Shown here piece by piece: positions 1-12,700 of a DNA stretch of 64,000 bases (positions are counted from its first letter, which is position 1; each line of letters starts with the position of its first letter). The notes beneath the pieces are model-generated. The model saw nothing but the letters and a program-made list of their open reading frames with translations, was not told the DNA's origin and made no database searches. Origin of the DNA: Lingula anatina. Lineage: Eukaryota; Animalia; Brachiopoda. Where the stretch lies: NCBI GenBank assembly GCA_051362555.1, contig JBPQGU010000016.1, positions 310,001 to 374,000 on the forward strand. The letters are read 5' to 3'. The position numbers and the translations under genes are program-made.

Positions 1-1419
1 GGGGACATTATTCCCGCCCGCCAAGCGAATAAATATAGAATAGACGCAGATATTAAGTAGCGGACTCGGCGAACCGTGACCGCCGCACGCTGTTCAAGTT
101 GACATCGCGACCGCAGTTCCCGCGTGCCGCGTGTTGATCTTACCCACTGCGCTGTGATATATGTCACTGTTGGCAGTGCAAATAGCTTCTGGTCGCCGAG
201 AACCCTTTTCACGTCACCATGATAAAAGGAGGAGAAAAGCCGGTGACAAGGCGCGTGCCAAGCTGACCAATCCCTGCCCGAATTTGTCGCATTCCCCTCC
301 CCAGCTGCTTGCGCATTCATTTTATTATTTCGGTGCGAGTGCGTCTTAAGAATGGCTATGCCCTACCAATATAGGGTGATGAAACTACAATAGCAATTAA
401 CATTTGTTTACACAGAGATATTGATATTTAGAAAATATTATATCCAATGCATATTATCATGACATAATACTGTGTCATTATCGGACTTGATTGTGCTTGT
501 ATACAATGAATGAGTTGCCTGAAATATGAGTTGCTGTATTAAGTTGTGTGTCATGATGTCAAAGCGCCTTGGAAATGACTCGAGTTATTAGCACAGGGTA
601 CTGCTCTACACCCGAGGCCAACTGAATGATGACGTTAAATCCATACCAAAATTCTCACTGCAGAAAAAAGAAAACGAATATCTAGTGAAAAATCAATCCG
701 TGACCCAGGTTAAAGGGCGACGATCTACCACGGACCAGTGCGTACAAAGATCACAGCGGGTCGACGTTTGTTTGCCGTTCACACCGCGGCCACTGATTTT
801 ACCGCTCGGATTATCAAATCGATCAAAAAAGCAACACAACTTAAGAAGTACTCTGCCTATGTCCACAACGCCACGTGGCTTTGTTTGAGAGGCGATTCGT
901 TCACGTGGGAGGATACGAGCACGCTTCACGATCAATTAATGCGTACGTTGTTTGTGTATTGGGAGAGATTTCGTACTCGGTATACACAGAAAAAATGTCA
1001 GGTTGGGCTCACTTTCCTTCCTACTTCCTGGTCCACGGGCTATTTTGCTTCCCTCTTTTGGAAATCTCAGCCGGTGTTTCCCTCCTGTTATAGTAATGCA
1101 TCTGAACAACCTCGAGCCTTTCAAAAATGAAACGATGTGGTGTCTGCATTAATTCGTATATTGACGAAAAAATGCACAATTTTGTGTAATGGCCTCTTTG
1201 TCTTGTAAGCGAAGCAAAACGATCTCTTTTTAATTATAAAATTTAAAAAATGTACAGATTTTCTCTCCTTGATACAATTGCAGTAGTAACGCTCTGTTAA
1301 AATGTGTGCCCGTACTCCTTAGCCAGCGTCATTAGATGACTATAGATAATATGTTTGACAGCACTTTTTAAAAAGAAAATATTCTCGCTCTAATCAAAGT
1401 GTTTGTATCTTGTCACCAG

Positions 1420-1492
1420 GGTTCAGCGAAGTTAGAGAAAGCTGAAATTCTTCAGATGACGGTGGATCACTTAAAGGTGCTGCACCAGAAGG
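1420..1492 (+). CDS. Hey: Hey bHLH-Orange repressor, internal exon (bHLH loop/helix 2)
   Basis: Bounded by cag|GGT...AAG G|gtaagt and encodes [24 protein letters not shown], the conserved Hey helix 2. It joins in phase 1 to the exon at 4746. Earlier exons were not found and probably lie upstream of the window. Confidence 0.93.
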
Positions 1493-2026
1493 GTAAGTTG
1501 ATATTTAGATGCATATCTGTCTTTGTTTAATGTGAAAATATTGTTTTTATTTTATTTAATGTCTTTTTTTGTATTTTTAATTGCATTTCGGATGCAATCA
1601 TCATTCCTCTTAAAGATAAGAAAAAAAACCATAGTGTACAAGTAACAACTGTTTGTCATTTGTATCCAGTACTTATTACTGATTTATGGATTCTGTATTA
1701 TACTAGAACTTAAACGTTACCTCTCTCTGTGAAGACTTCTACATCACACAAACCTTCTTACAAAAACGCTTTCATTATGCACCTGATCACACTATAAAGA
1801 TATTTTCCCCTCATTTTATGAGAGATTTTGTAATGTCCATTATAAGTAAACGTTATGAAATTACCTAATAACAAGACGTGCCTTAGTTGTGGCCATTAAT
1901 TCACCATCTAATTGATATATGGGATGTATAGTGTGCACATCGGTGTATAAATATCCCCTTTCTGCTGGAAGATAATCTCGATCGATGAAGCGATAACATC
2001 TCGTGCTGGCTAATTGCTATTAGCAT

Positions 2027-2815
2027 TAATGAGCGAGTAACCGATATGGATTTCTGCGGAAATATTTTCTTTCCTGGCGGCGACCCGGGGCACTTTAATT
2101 GTTGAAACAATTCTGATCTGCAAACGTGTGAGAAAAGAGGTTTAAGTACAATACCCAGGTGTGTTATGTTTAGCTTGTTAAGACACCAAGCGCTGAAAAT
2201 CCGAGCTTTAACTGAAAAATCGCGTAACTAAGGTATTTTGATAAGTATAATTATAATCAAAATTGAAACAAATGGAGGGTCTTATTATTATCACCGTTTA
2301 ACTGTTAGCATATTGTAGTCTGCCTCAAAGTTGTTGAGTTGTAATTAGACATCTCGTAACTCCCCTTTTCTGTTTTAGCAAGAAGCTAGACTATATTATG
2401 GTTATTCATTCTCGGTAGTACAATAAAGTGTTATGCGATAAAGAGAATCGTTAATGAGCGAGTAACCAAAGTGGTTTTCTGCGGAAGTATATTCTTTCTT
2501 CTTAAGCACAATACCCAGGTATGTTATGTTTAGCTTGTTAAGACACCACACATTAGGTATCTGTGCCAGAAAATCAGAACTTTTACCAAATAATCGCTTT
2601 GATTACCAAGGTATTTTGATAAATATAATTATGTCCAAATTGAAACAAGTTGAGGGTCTTGTTCTTTCACCGGTAGTAGTCTGTCTTAAAACTGTCGTGT
2701 GAAATTGAAATAAGACAGCTTGTGAATTCTACTGTAATGGGCAGTAGCATTTCTGTATTATGGCAATTCATTCATGGTAGTATCAATAAGGCGCCGTGCT
2801 ATTCGATAAAAAATA
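2027..2815. repeat. Diverged local tandem duplication (about 0.4-kb unit) in the Hey intron
   Basis: The blocks ttaatgagcgagtaacc, caatacccaggt.tgttatgtttagcttgttaagacacca and aaggtattttgataa recur in the same order at about 2027-2450 and about 2451-2815. Confidence 0.8.
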
Positions 2816-3941
2816 AAGCGTTCTAATTAAAAAACAAAATGATGCAAGAGCCTCGGCTGAGGGAAACGCCGTATAAACCAGTGAAATATAACTACTGGCA
2901 CTCGGTTTATTTTGCGGGGGAGGCATGCTGGGAATTGCGGTGTTGTCACATTGTCGTCGTGTTAGTTCCGAGTACAGTTAAGGCGGTACACGTGGGTGAG
3001 GTCATGTCTCCGTGACCCGGTGTCAAAATGATCACCTTTTTTAAGAAGCACAACATGGTCCCATCGTGTGAAATTGAACGCCTTCGTCAACACTGTCAAC
3101 CCCCATGTCGCGCGTTTATAGTGATTAACTTAATCGCCAGATTTTATTGAAATTACACGCGCTTGAAATCCAATTTGATCATAATGAATCCTGAGAGGAC
3201 GACTTTCCCATAGCTTTTACTACCACATGTCAAGTAGGCCTGTCGTACAATATCTCCGGTAATCTACCAGCACATTGTACGCCCAGCCTGACTTCTCGAC
3301 GGTGACATTTTCCCACAGGCTCGTGTTGAATCATGGAGTAATTATTCGTGTGATCCGCATTCAATTATACGGCGAACAAAAGAAAACTACCAGGCCGGGA
3401 ATGATTAGCCGCGACAGATGAAATAAAAAACCAGGTCGATTAAGAAGAAAGTCGTAAAAAGCGTGGGATATAGGGGCCGTAATGGGCAAGACAATGACGT
3501 GGGTCGCGTCACAATGTTGACGCTTCGGCGCGTGTAGGTCAGTTGACATGCGGGGATTTTAATAAACAAATGGATTGAAAAAACTCAGTTGTCATTTAAA
3601 TGATAATGATTCAATGAGCACGGACATGTTTTTACATTTAAAGGCTCTCTAACTAATATGTAAATATATATATAGATATAGGATAACAATAATGATATGA
3701 AATAAATGATGAAAATATAGCGTTATACAATATACATTATAAAGAGATACAAGTAAAATGGATAAAATCCCTTGTGTATTTAATACTAATTATATGCGTT
3801 TTAATCATTACCTTACATAAAATTTTTGCTACAGCAGTCTCACCTTGCGTAGATGTGGATTTAGGATTACGTAAAGCTGTCTGACTTTGTCTTTTAAGAA
3901 CTATTCTTATCAAGACACTTTACTTAGATCATAAATGCACC

Positions 3942-4115
3942 GGGGGCGTCTCGATAGTCCGAAGGTTCATTGGTCCGAAGGTTCATTGGTCCGAAAAGTG
4001 GTAACATTTTCATCAATTTTTTAATCAAGGGTTCATTGGTCCGAAGGTTTTATAGTGAACATTCGGACCAATGAACCTTCGGACTATTGAACCTTCGGAC
4101 TATCGCTACGGCCCC
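3942..4115. mobile_element. Foldback MITE with 15-bp subterminal repeats and an 8-bp TSD (copy 1)
   Basis: Termini GGGGGCGT...ACGGCCCC; units of ttcattggtccgaagg in inverted arrangement; flanked by AATGCACC at 3934-3941 and 4116-4123. Confidence 0.9.
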
Positions 4116-4745
4116 AATGCACCCTGTCAATGTAAATACCTCTATTGCGAACGGTCATTATTTTATAGATTAGAATAAATCGTCGCAATTGTTGAATATA
4201 CCTTATTCTCACTTAGGATGAAAGGAACTAAATAAAACGGAGGAACTGTTTGAACTCGTCAATGCACGAGTGATTTTCAAAGAATAAAATAAAATAAGGA
4301 TACTACAAAATAAACACGTATAGACAAATTATATTACCTTTTGAGAAATACTGCGTAAAGATTTTAAGCTACGCGAGAAAGATAAGAGACTGGAATGAAA
4401 TAATTCGGTCTTTGGTGCAAATGAATTCTCTCAAATTAGTACTTCAAAAGCATAATATTGCACAAAAGAGTATATTTAAATGTACATTGTATTTATTTTC
4501 TTCTTTGATTTTTTTGTATTTCATGACTGCAGTGAATTCCCCCCCCCAAAAAAAAAAGAAAAAAAAAACATATTTCTCATGGTAACAAAAAAATTAATTA
4601 TAATACTGCATCTTACACTGAAAGGAAATCACACCTAGAATTATTTTTTTCATTATCTTAGTATAATATAACTGAATAAATTAAAACTTTCACTTGGGTA
4701 TGTATTATGAACCCTATAGTTTAATTATAATTTGTATATTTGCAG

Positions 4746-5413
4746 GTCTGAACGGCTACAACTACCCGGACCCTCACGCCCTGGCCATGGACTACAGGAG
4801 CCTTGGCTTCCGGGAGTGCGCAGCGGAAGTTGCGCGGTACCTGGTCACGGTGGAGGGGATGGACATCCAGGATCCGCTGCGCCTGCGCCTGATGAGCCAC
4901 CTGCAGTGTTTCAGCGCTCAAAGAGAGGCGGCGGCAAAGGCGAGCTATCAGAACTCGCAGTGGAACATGACGACCAGCCCTCATTTTAACATGAATATAA
5001 ACGTGAACAGTCAGTATTCAGGAAATCCCATGATTACGTCACAGCAGTCTACGGATCAACTTATGACGTCACATCACACTGCTTTGCCGACGTCATGCTC
5101 AGAGCCAAAATATAACCCCCACCAGGATGCAGTTAACTCCAACATAGGAAATCACCATTTACGTCTTCCAACAACGGCTAGTGCGGCGCCACAGATGTCA
5201 AGCGTTGCCTCATCTTCGTCTTCCGGTCATGCGCAGATGCCTCAGCTCTCTAGTTCCTTGGTTCCTCCGTCTTTACAGCACTCGTCTCAGTTTTCGCTAG
5301 GTATGAACTCTCTTCCCATGCTTTCACCGACAGGTCCTCACAACTACAACCCGTCTTCCTCCTCACACGCCGTCAAACCTTACAGACCCTGGGGAAGCGA
5401 ACTCGCTTACTGA
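4746..5413 (+). CDS. Hey: Hey terminal coding exon (Orange domain and YRPW motif)
   Basis: Acceptor ttgcag| at 4745. Encodes the Orange domain (LAMDYRSLGFRECAAEVARYLVTVEGMDIQDPLRLRLMSHL) and ends KPYRPWGSELAY*, the Hey-type YRPW tail. Candidate polyA signal AATAAA near 6727. Confidence 0.96.
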
Positions 5414-8400
5414 CCTAAGACACTGGGTCGTCTGTTTAAAGTTGTGACGTCATAGATCTTGGATTCATGACGTCAATGATTTGCCAAATTACCCACCGGC
5501 CAAAAAACTTATATCAGTGAATCTGAGGGATAAAAAAGCTGTTACTGCCACAGTGTTGAAGGAATGGAATGAAGATTCACTGTAACAGTATAACAAAATC
5601 CGCAGTGCTATGGGGTTAAGAACAATGTGCAATATGCAATGATTTAATTATACACTTTAGATAGGAGCTCCGTAAATATGATATATTTTTGTGGTCATAA
5701 GGTAGTCACTCGATTCCTGTTAAGATATGTCTGTCGGAAAATCTTAAGGCGACAAGACATGATTGAGAAATTAAATTTGCACCCATTTCAGACTACAAGG
5801 AAAAGGGGCCGGCAGATAAATGAATTATAAGTAACATTTGTACCGATGTTTCCATTTCAAATGCAATCAGTTCGAATAATTGAAATCAGCACAGAGCAAT
5901 TACACCGTACATCCCTCGCTTTAGATCAAACCACTCCGCGAGGTCGTGTTACCATGGTAACTCGACTACCACGGGTGCGCACGCTCCGCAGAGGAAACAG
6001 TAATTAAAAGTTGATTTAGCTGACCATAGGCCAGTCTTGTAAAGATAGCTTCTCCGCGTGGCACGTGCTTGCTTGACGTGTGCACATAGAGGTATCACTT
6101 CCACGTAGAAGGTGTCTGTGCCGTGTGCTTTTTAGTTCTGTAGTCAAAGACTACTTGTTTTCTCCTAGAGATGAGGATGTATGTCGAAAGCTATTGGATG
6201 GTACGTAGGGGTCCTATAACAGTACATTGGGACAGAAAACGAAGCCGACTGCCAAAGGGCTGAATGCAATTTTTACATTTTATTTTTATTTTATTTTTTA
6301 TTTCATTTTAACTTTCTTAATGCACCTTTTGAACGACGGGCGCATCACGCCAATGCTTTTCACGTTTTAAAATGACCATTGCTTAGAAAGCGATGCATTT
6401 AAATGTATAGTGTTCACAAATAATTATTAGCATTCTCGTCACCAAATCACTGTTATTTCAATCACATGGACAATCTATGCGCTTCCTATGCTGTAACAGC
6501 AGCGCGTTTTACGTAAATACACGACTTTTGACGATCATGCACGAATTTTGTCAAAGATATTTAAGTGTGTGCGGTTGTAAAGTATAAATTATGTAGATTT
6601 GACGTCTTTTGATGTGTTTATATTAGAGGAACCAATTTTAAAGAGTTCCTAATTTTCTATTGGGAGAGAAACGTATGACGTTTATTTATTATTTTTAAAG
6701 ATTTATTTACAGATGATTATGATAATAATAAACAGTTACGGCAAAAGCTTTAATATAAAGTCGACTTTGTTTTTCATTGACAGAAGACTTGAACTTGTCC
6801 GTTTGGTAACATTCCAGTGAGTGATACAGCATAATAGGGCTGTATCACTTTTTGTCTTAACCATCAAAGCATTCAAGACGAATTTGTCCCATACCAAAAT
6901 AATCTGACGAGATCTGGTTTTGACAAATTTGAAATTACATAAAGAAGGGGATAATGAAACAAATAAAAATTAAAAGCAAATATACTGCTCGTTTTTCAGG
7001 CACATTTAGATTTTCCTTTTGATTTGAAAACTGGTTGAAATCCTCCGAACTCGATTGATTTAAAAGCTTAGTTTGACAGTATTAAAAAACTTGCAAAGTA
7101 TGCGCATTAAGAGTCGGAGCGAGCAGTGTTCGGGTTAAACTCAGTTGACTGTCTCCACCAAGTACATTATTCTGTGAATTACATAGCCATTGAGTAACAA
7201 GTGTACAGTTAGTCACTCAAATGACAGAGCCGTGTTTATTAATGAAAAAAAAAAAAGAAAACTCACAAGAAACAAATTTGAAACTTTATTAGGATAACGT
7301 AACTCATGCAAGAACAACTAACAAACAGAAAAACGGACTGATAAACAAAAGATTTCATCAAAACGCAAAACAGAAAATAATAAATATTTGTTTAAACTTC
7401 AAAAAAGGATTCTAACTGATTTTTCATTATGATGTGACTTTTCCCCATGACATTAGCCCTGTAAACGCAATAAGTACATCCCTGATGGGACGTCCCCCTG
7501 TCACGATACACGTGCCTCATTAATTAACGACCTCTGGCAGAATTACAATTTAACTGCACACAGTCCAGTTTTGACTGAAGAATTAAGGCGTTCACAGTAC
7601 ACGCAAGACAAACAATGTAACATTCAACACAGGTTAGCTGAAAATACATTGGGGAAGAAACAAAAAGTAGAAAGGTTTCAAGAAGAAGACTCCCAGTGGC
7701 ACGGGACACGCAGCACAATCTGGAGTGCTGCTGCTAGAACACGCCGGGGGTTCACGGATTGTGACAGTTGAGACTGAGAGGATTGTGCTCAATACACGAC
7801 AGCACAACAGAGAAAACGTACAGAGGCATAGCGTCGCGTACGACGCCACACACAACGAAATAACAGGCGTGTCTTGACCAAGTCTCCAAACCACCAGGAA
7901 TCTTCTAAAAACTGATGTTTTATATATAACTCTAATTACAAGGAGACACCTAAAACATTACTCACACACTTAGCGTATGCACCTGTGTTTTCAATAAATA
8001 AATAAAAATAAACGTACTTTAGAATAAGGTCTGATTATCACAAGCTCCAATTCTGTAAGTTATATGAGTTTGGAAATCTGACATATGTAGCATTTATGTA
8101 TATCACACTTATGGACAATCGGAATCGATCATTGACAGGAATCAAGAAAGCGGAAAAAGCACATTCTCTTCGAGAATGCAGCAACGAATGACTATGTACA
8201 AGATAGAGGGACATTTAGAGATAACACAGTGGTAATCCTTTCAACGGAAATGTTTTTTCTCACAACAGAACGTCAACAATTAATTAGACGAAAATGTCTT
8301 TGTCAAAAAAGTCAACAAATTAAAATGGAAAAGGAAAACAACAATGTACCTAGTGTAACATCGTGGTCGTGTACACGTGTATATATACATGTACATACTA

Positions 8401-8957
8401 TACATATACAGTATTTATCAAGTGGAGTGAATGAGCTGTACAGACCGTTCCAGTTTGTATATACACAGTATTTGGTACATGGTGTGCATGAGTCGTACAG
8501 GCGGTTCCAGTTTGTATTCGCAGCTTTCAGAACTGTTCAGCTCTATACAGCAGAGTGGTAAGTTATATTGAGCGTTATTGTGGCTGAACATAATTATTGC
8601 CTAGTGCTGCTGGTTCCCATTGTTTTGTATATTTTTGCATTTGATTGATTCTCCCTGAATGATATGTCAAACGTGCCTCTGCGAGACCAGATAACTTATC
8701 GCTGGATTATTACTTGAATACACCTGTTCTTATTTTAGGAAGAGAGTTCCACAGATAGACAAGGTAATTCCATTAGAAAGAATGTGACCATAAGACTTCA
8801 TACAGCTGAAAACAATTGATTCCTTTGCGTTACTTCTTTTACGAAAATTGTCCTGTTTTCCAATGTTCTTGTATATTTTAAGGAACATTGTAACATATTT
8901 ATTAACATTCGAACGTTGTGTATACGTGACGTCATATTTGACGTCATCTCATTGTGG

Positions 8958-9701
8958 TCACACTGGCGTTTCGTTAAACTTTTTAATACGGTCCAGAATA
9001 TTTCCACCAGCCGGGCGTCCCGTAGGGGACGTAGGTGACGTTGGCGACGTTGTCCGCGTGGGGGAGCGAAAACGAGACACCGGTGTCGGCGTCTTCTTCT
9101 CTTCTTTATTGCCGCCGCCAAATAGAGACTGGAATTTACGTTTCTTTTCTTCTACGGGACTCAAAGCTCGCTGCTCTCTTTCTAAAGATGATGGTGGAGT
9201 GTCTTTAGATGATGATGATGATGATTCTTTGCCTTTCAATCCTTCACTCGGAGGCGTGCTGCTTTTAGCAGTGTCTTTTGAGCTATGGGGACCGGCTATA
9301 TTCAACTTTAAAGGTTCCTTATGGTCTTTTTTAGAATGCTTTGCGTCTTGTTTTGTTTCTTTGTGATCAATCTTTTTACTTTTCTGTTTATCATCCGGCT
9401 TTACACTTTTATCTTCCGATTTCATGGTTTTGTCGTCAGATTTTTTACTCTTTTCATCAGATATTTTACTTTTCTGTTTTTCATCCGATTTGTGTCCTTT
9501 TGAGAGCAATTTGCCGGGCACAGCTTTCCCGCGGTGAGCCTCTTTTTCGTCCTTCGGAATCACAGGATGTTCTCCAGCACGGCGGAGTGACGGGTGGGCG
9601 AGTCTTGACTTCGGGCGCCATCTCCTGGGCGGTCGCCTGCGTTTGGGGCACGGAGGCCGGGCAAACAATGGCGTCAATGACGGTGGCCGGCCAGATTCCG
9701 G
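8958..9701 (-). CDS. SOGA: SOGA-like terminal K/S-rich exon
   Basis: Within ORF 8958..9713; acceptor ttacag at 9702; ends ILDRIKKFNETPV*. Candidate - strand polyA signals near 7236 and 7285. Confidence 0.78.
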   Translation of the reverse strand, partial: PESGRPPSLTPLFARPPCPKRRRPPRRWRPKSRLAHPSLRRAGEHPVIPKDEKEAHRGKAVPGKLLSKGHKSDEKQKSKISDEKSKKSDDKTMKSEDKSVKPDDKQKSKKIDHKETKQDAKHSKKDHKEPLKLNIAGPHSSKDTAKSSTPPSEGLKGKESSSSSSKDTPPSSLEREQRALSPVEEKKRKFQSLFGGGNKEEKKTPTPVSRFRSPTRTTSPTSPTSPTGRPAGGNILDRIKKFNETPV

Positions 9702-12700
9702 CTGTAAGAGCACAGATAAACAGAATAATTAATAGATGTTAAAATAATTATTTTATCGAATGACAGAGCAGTATAATAGTTTAAAATGATACAAGTGTTG
9801 TTTTTAAGACAACTTTAAATGGAACGATGTCTTCTTGACTACATAACTACATACTATTACGTATTTATGTCGGTGTGTTAATTGACATTCAGACACTGCG
9901 ATAGCCAAACTAACCTGTTATATGCATCCCTGATGTGAAGCAAAAGAAACACATGCAGATATAATAAAAGCTTTTCATGGACATTAACAATACACTTATC
10001 CTGAAAAAAGTCATTTTTTTTTATTACAGACAATGTTTTAAACTTAAAATTAAGGACAGATTATTAGTTTAACTAAATATCCATTTAACACAATTGTCTT
10101 TAAAAGAAAAAAAAACTATGCTTACCAAGGATCCAAAAGTAGCTATACTGGCTCCACTGGCGTACTGCGACAAATGGCTGTTCAGACTGTAGTCACTGTC
10201 GTGGCCTATGACGTCACTGCCATATGACGTCAGAGGTGCTAACCCTCCATTGGCTGCCACATTATCTGCAGAGTCAGCCGATGAACTTCGCTTTAGTTTT
10301 CGCTTCACCTTTTGAGAAAAGCTGCTAATTTTTTTAGGATCGGTGTTGGATGGGGCCGCTGGCGACGACACGTTGATGCCGATCTTTGCTAAAGTGTTTT
10401 TGACAGCGGATTCTAGACTCCCCGCTCTCTTAAAGAGACCACGTCTGTCTTTGCCGCTAAGAAATCGGAATGGCGAGTGGTGTTTCTTATGTGGAGCGCT
10501 CTCTGGCGTCTCCAGTGGGTCGGTACTGTATGTTGGAACTGCCGGAAGAGATTCCGTGGACCCGGACCTCGTCGTCGTTGGTTTGGTGGTCTTTGTTTGT
10601 GATTCAGTCACCGGAAAATCTGTCTCTAAAACGCTTGGCTTGCTAGCGCCTTTTTGTGCGTGTCGCCCTCTAGCGGGCAAGGACGAATATATTGAAGAAG
10701 AAGAGTAAGTATCGAAGAAATGCTGCCTGGCAGACTTTGGAGACTGTTTATCGCCACTGCTCCTAGTTGGCGATGTGCTCATCAACTGCTCCCGTGAGGG
10801 CGCTGCTAGCGGCACATATCCAGGAGAAGCCGTGAAGAGAACATCCTCGCCGGGAGTGTCTGCAGATAAACTCTTTTGTAATGGGGGTCTCTTTTTAGTA
10901 GGCGATGGCTGGAATTGAAATGGTCGTGTATCGGTGGGGGCAGTGGCCGGAGCAGGCGTCCGTTTGGACCGGCCATAGGGGGAGATCATGAACCCTGGCG
11001 TGGGCATCGGATAGTTGGTGAACTTCTTGAACCGCTGGAGACCCTGCCTCTCAGGGGTAGTGTCACGTGACGTGGATGCACTCATTGACCCTGAGTTGTA
11101 GGAGGGTTTGTGTGAGGGTGGGGGTAGTAGCACAGGACCCAGGGGAGCGGTGGCGCTACCCTCTGTGAATGACGCAGACATCAGCGGAGGAGCGGATATT
11201 CGCGCAGGCGCACTGGGAGTGACTTCTAGTTCAATGCTGGACAGAGACCTGCAATAAAAAGTACAGCGTGTTAAAATCCGAATGATTGAACAGATTACAT
11301 TCGTGTTTTCTTTTTTACGCTGTTCATTAGCAGTAAAGAAGGATAACTGTATAATTAATTGTGTATAATAGCTTGATGAAATGTAAAATAACTACTCGAA
11401 AGAATCACCGTTAACATATGGCACTTTTTTCTTGGACGTGTTGCGTCTAAATGTATTTATTGTAGTCTTGTTACATAGCTTGAAACCACCATTTTAACTC
11501 AGAAACCGGTCCAATTGTTGGGCACACTCTTTCGCTCCCACTGTAAACGAGTGTAAATGAGAATTAAGCGAGAGTTGAAAAGTCCCTGCGCATGGTCATC
11601 TGCGTCATAAGTGAGGTAATTTTAGTGATGTGCTTTAGAAAAAAAACCCTCCTTAATATTTTAATTTTAGAAAAGACTGCAGAATACACTGACCGTCTAA
11701 GTCCTGGTTGCTTTCTGTCACTGGACGCTGCAATGGTACCAGTTAGTCTGGAAATCTGGCTAAATGCCTGAAAACAATGGAGTGCGAGTACTGAATTGTG
11801 AAACATGGCAACTTTTATCAAGACACGTTATGTAATTGCTCTGACTGGAGGGAGTAGAAAATAAACAGAGGACGCTATTTCAATCTTTACATTTTCACAA
11901 AGAGAACGAACGTCCTGTACAAGGATAGCCAACGTCTTCATATACTGTGCAGTAGGCTACAGGTTCTATTTGCAAAGAAGTCAGATGCTTTGGTGGTTTA
12001 CAGGATGCTACAGGTGAGTTAAATGTATATACACGGTACAGCTATACAAACGTGCCAGGAAACTTCAGTTACATTGAAGATAAATACATGTACATGAAAA
12101 AGTGTCATCTATAAATAAAACTATAAATAAAACTGTAAGATGATGCAAGGCAGTGAATCCATTTTGTTAACACTTATTTCAATTATACAACCAAACGTGC
12201 CACTACTGGAACACTGTAGTGCTGACGTGGAGACACATCTCAGCAATGAGTATAGATACTGAAGTGTACATGACGGTAGAAATACACCCATTCACACAAT
12301 CACTATTTTAGACCACTTCCTACGATCGGGGAACAAAACACGGTCTTTGGCAAAAATTGGAGACAATAGTGTGCTATTTAAATTCTACATATTCCCATGC
12401 TTTCAAACTGACCTACCTCCTTTAACATACGAACCATTCGCTGAAATTGATTGATCGACGGTATGTAAGCAATGGCGGTTCATGTAGCAGCATTTAAAGA
12501 AACAGTTCGAGAAAATTAGATGAAAAAAAGATATGGCGATACCTAGATGGGGAAAGGGTGAGTAAAAGTAAGATAGCTAAGGCGTCAATATCACCTTGCT
12601 AAAACAACGAAGGAGATAAAAGTACATTCTCAATTCACAGGTCTGACAGAGGGCTTCGACACTCATGCGGAAAATCTCTCGATGGAATAAAAGTCATTCT

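Larger units (their letters stand above)
121..3317. promoter_or_regulatory. Candidate Hes/Hey class-C sites and CSL/Su(H) sites in Hey introns
   Basis: GGCACGCG on the - strand at 121-128 and 252-259; TGTGAGAA at 2127-2134; TGTGGGAA on the - strand at 3310-3317. These are short motifs and could occur by chance. Confidence 0.35.

Noticed and set aside
4694-4745. N-terminal extension MGMYYEPYSL... of the Hey ORF
   Set aside because: Intronic read-through upstream of the acceptor at 4745.
8848-10708. + strand ORFs of 120-170 aa
   Set aside because: Antisense shadows of low-complexity SOGA exons.
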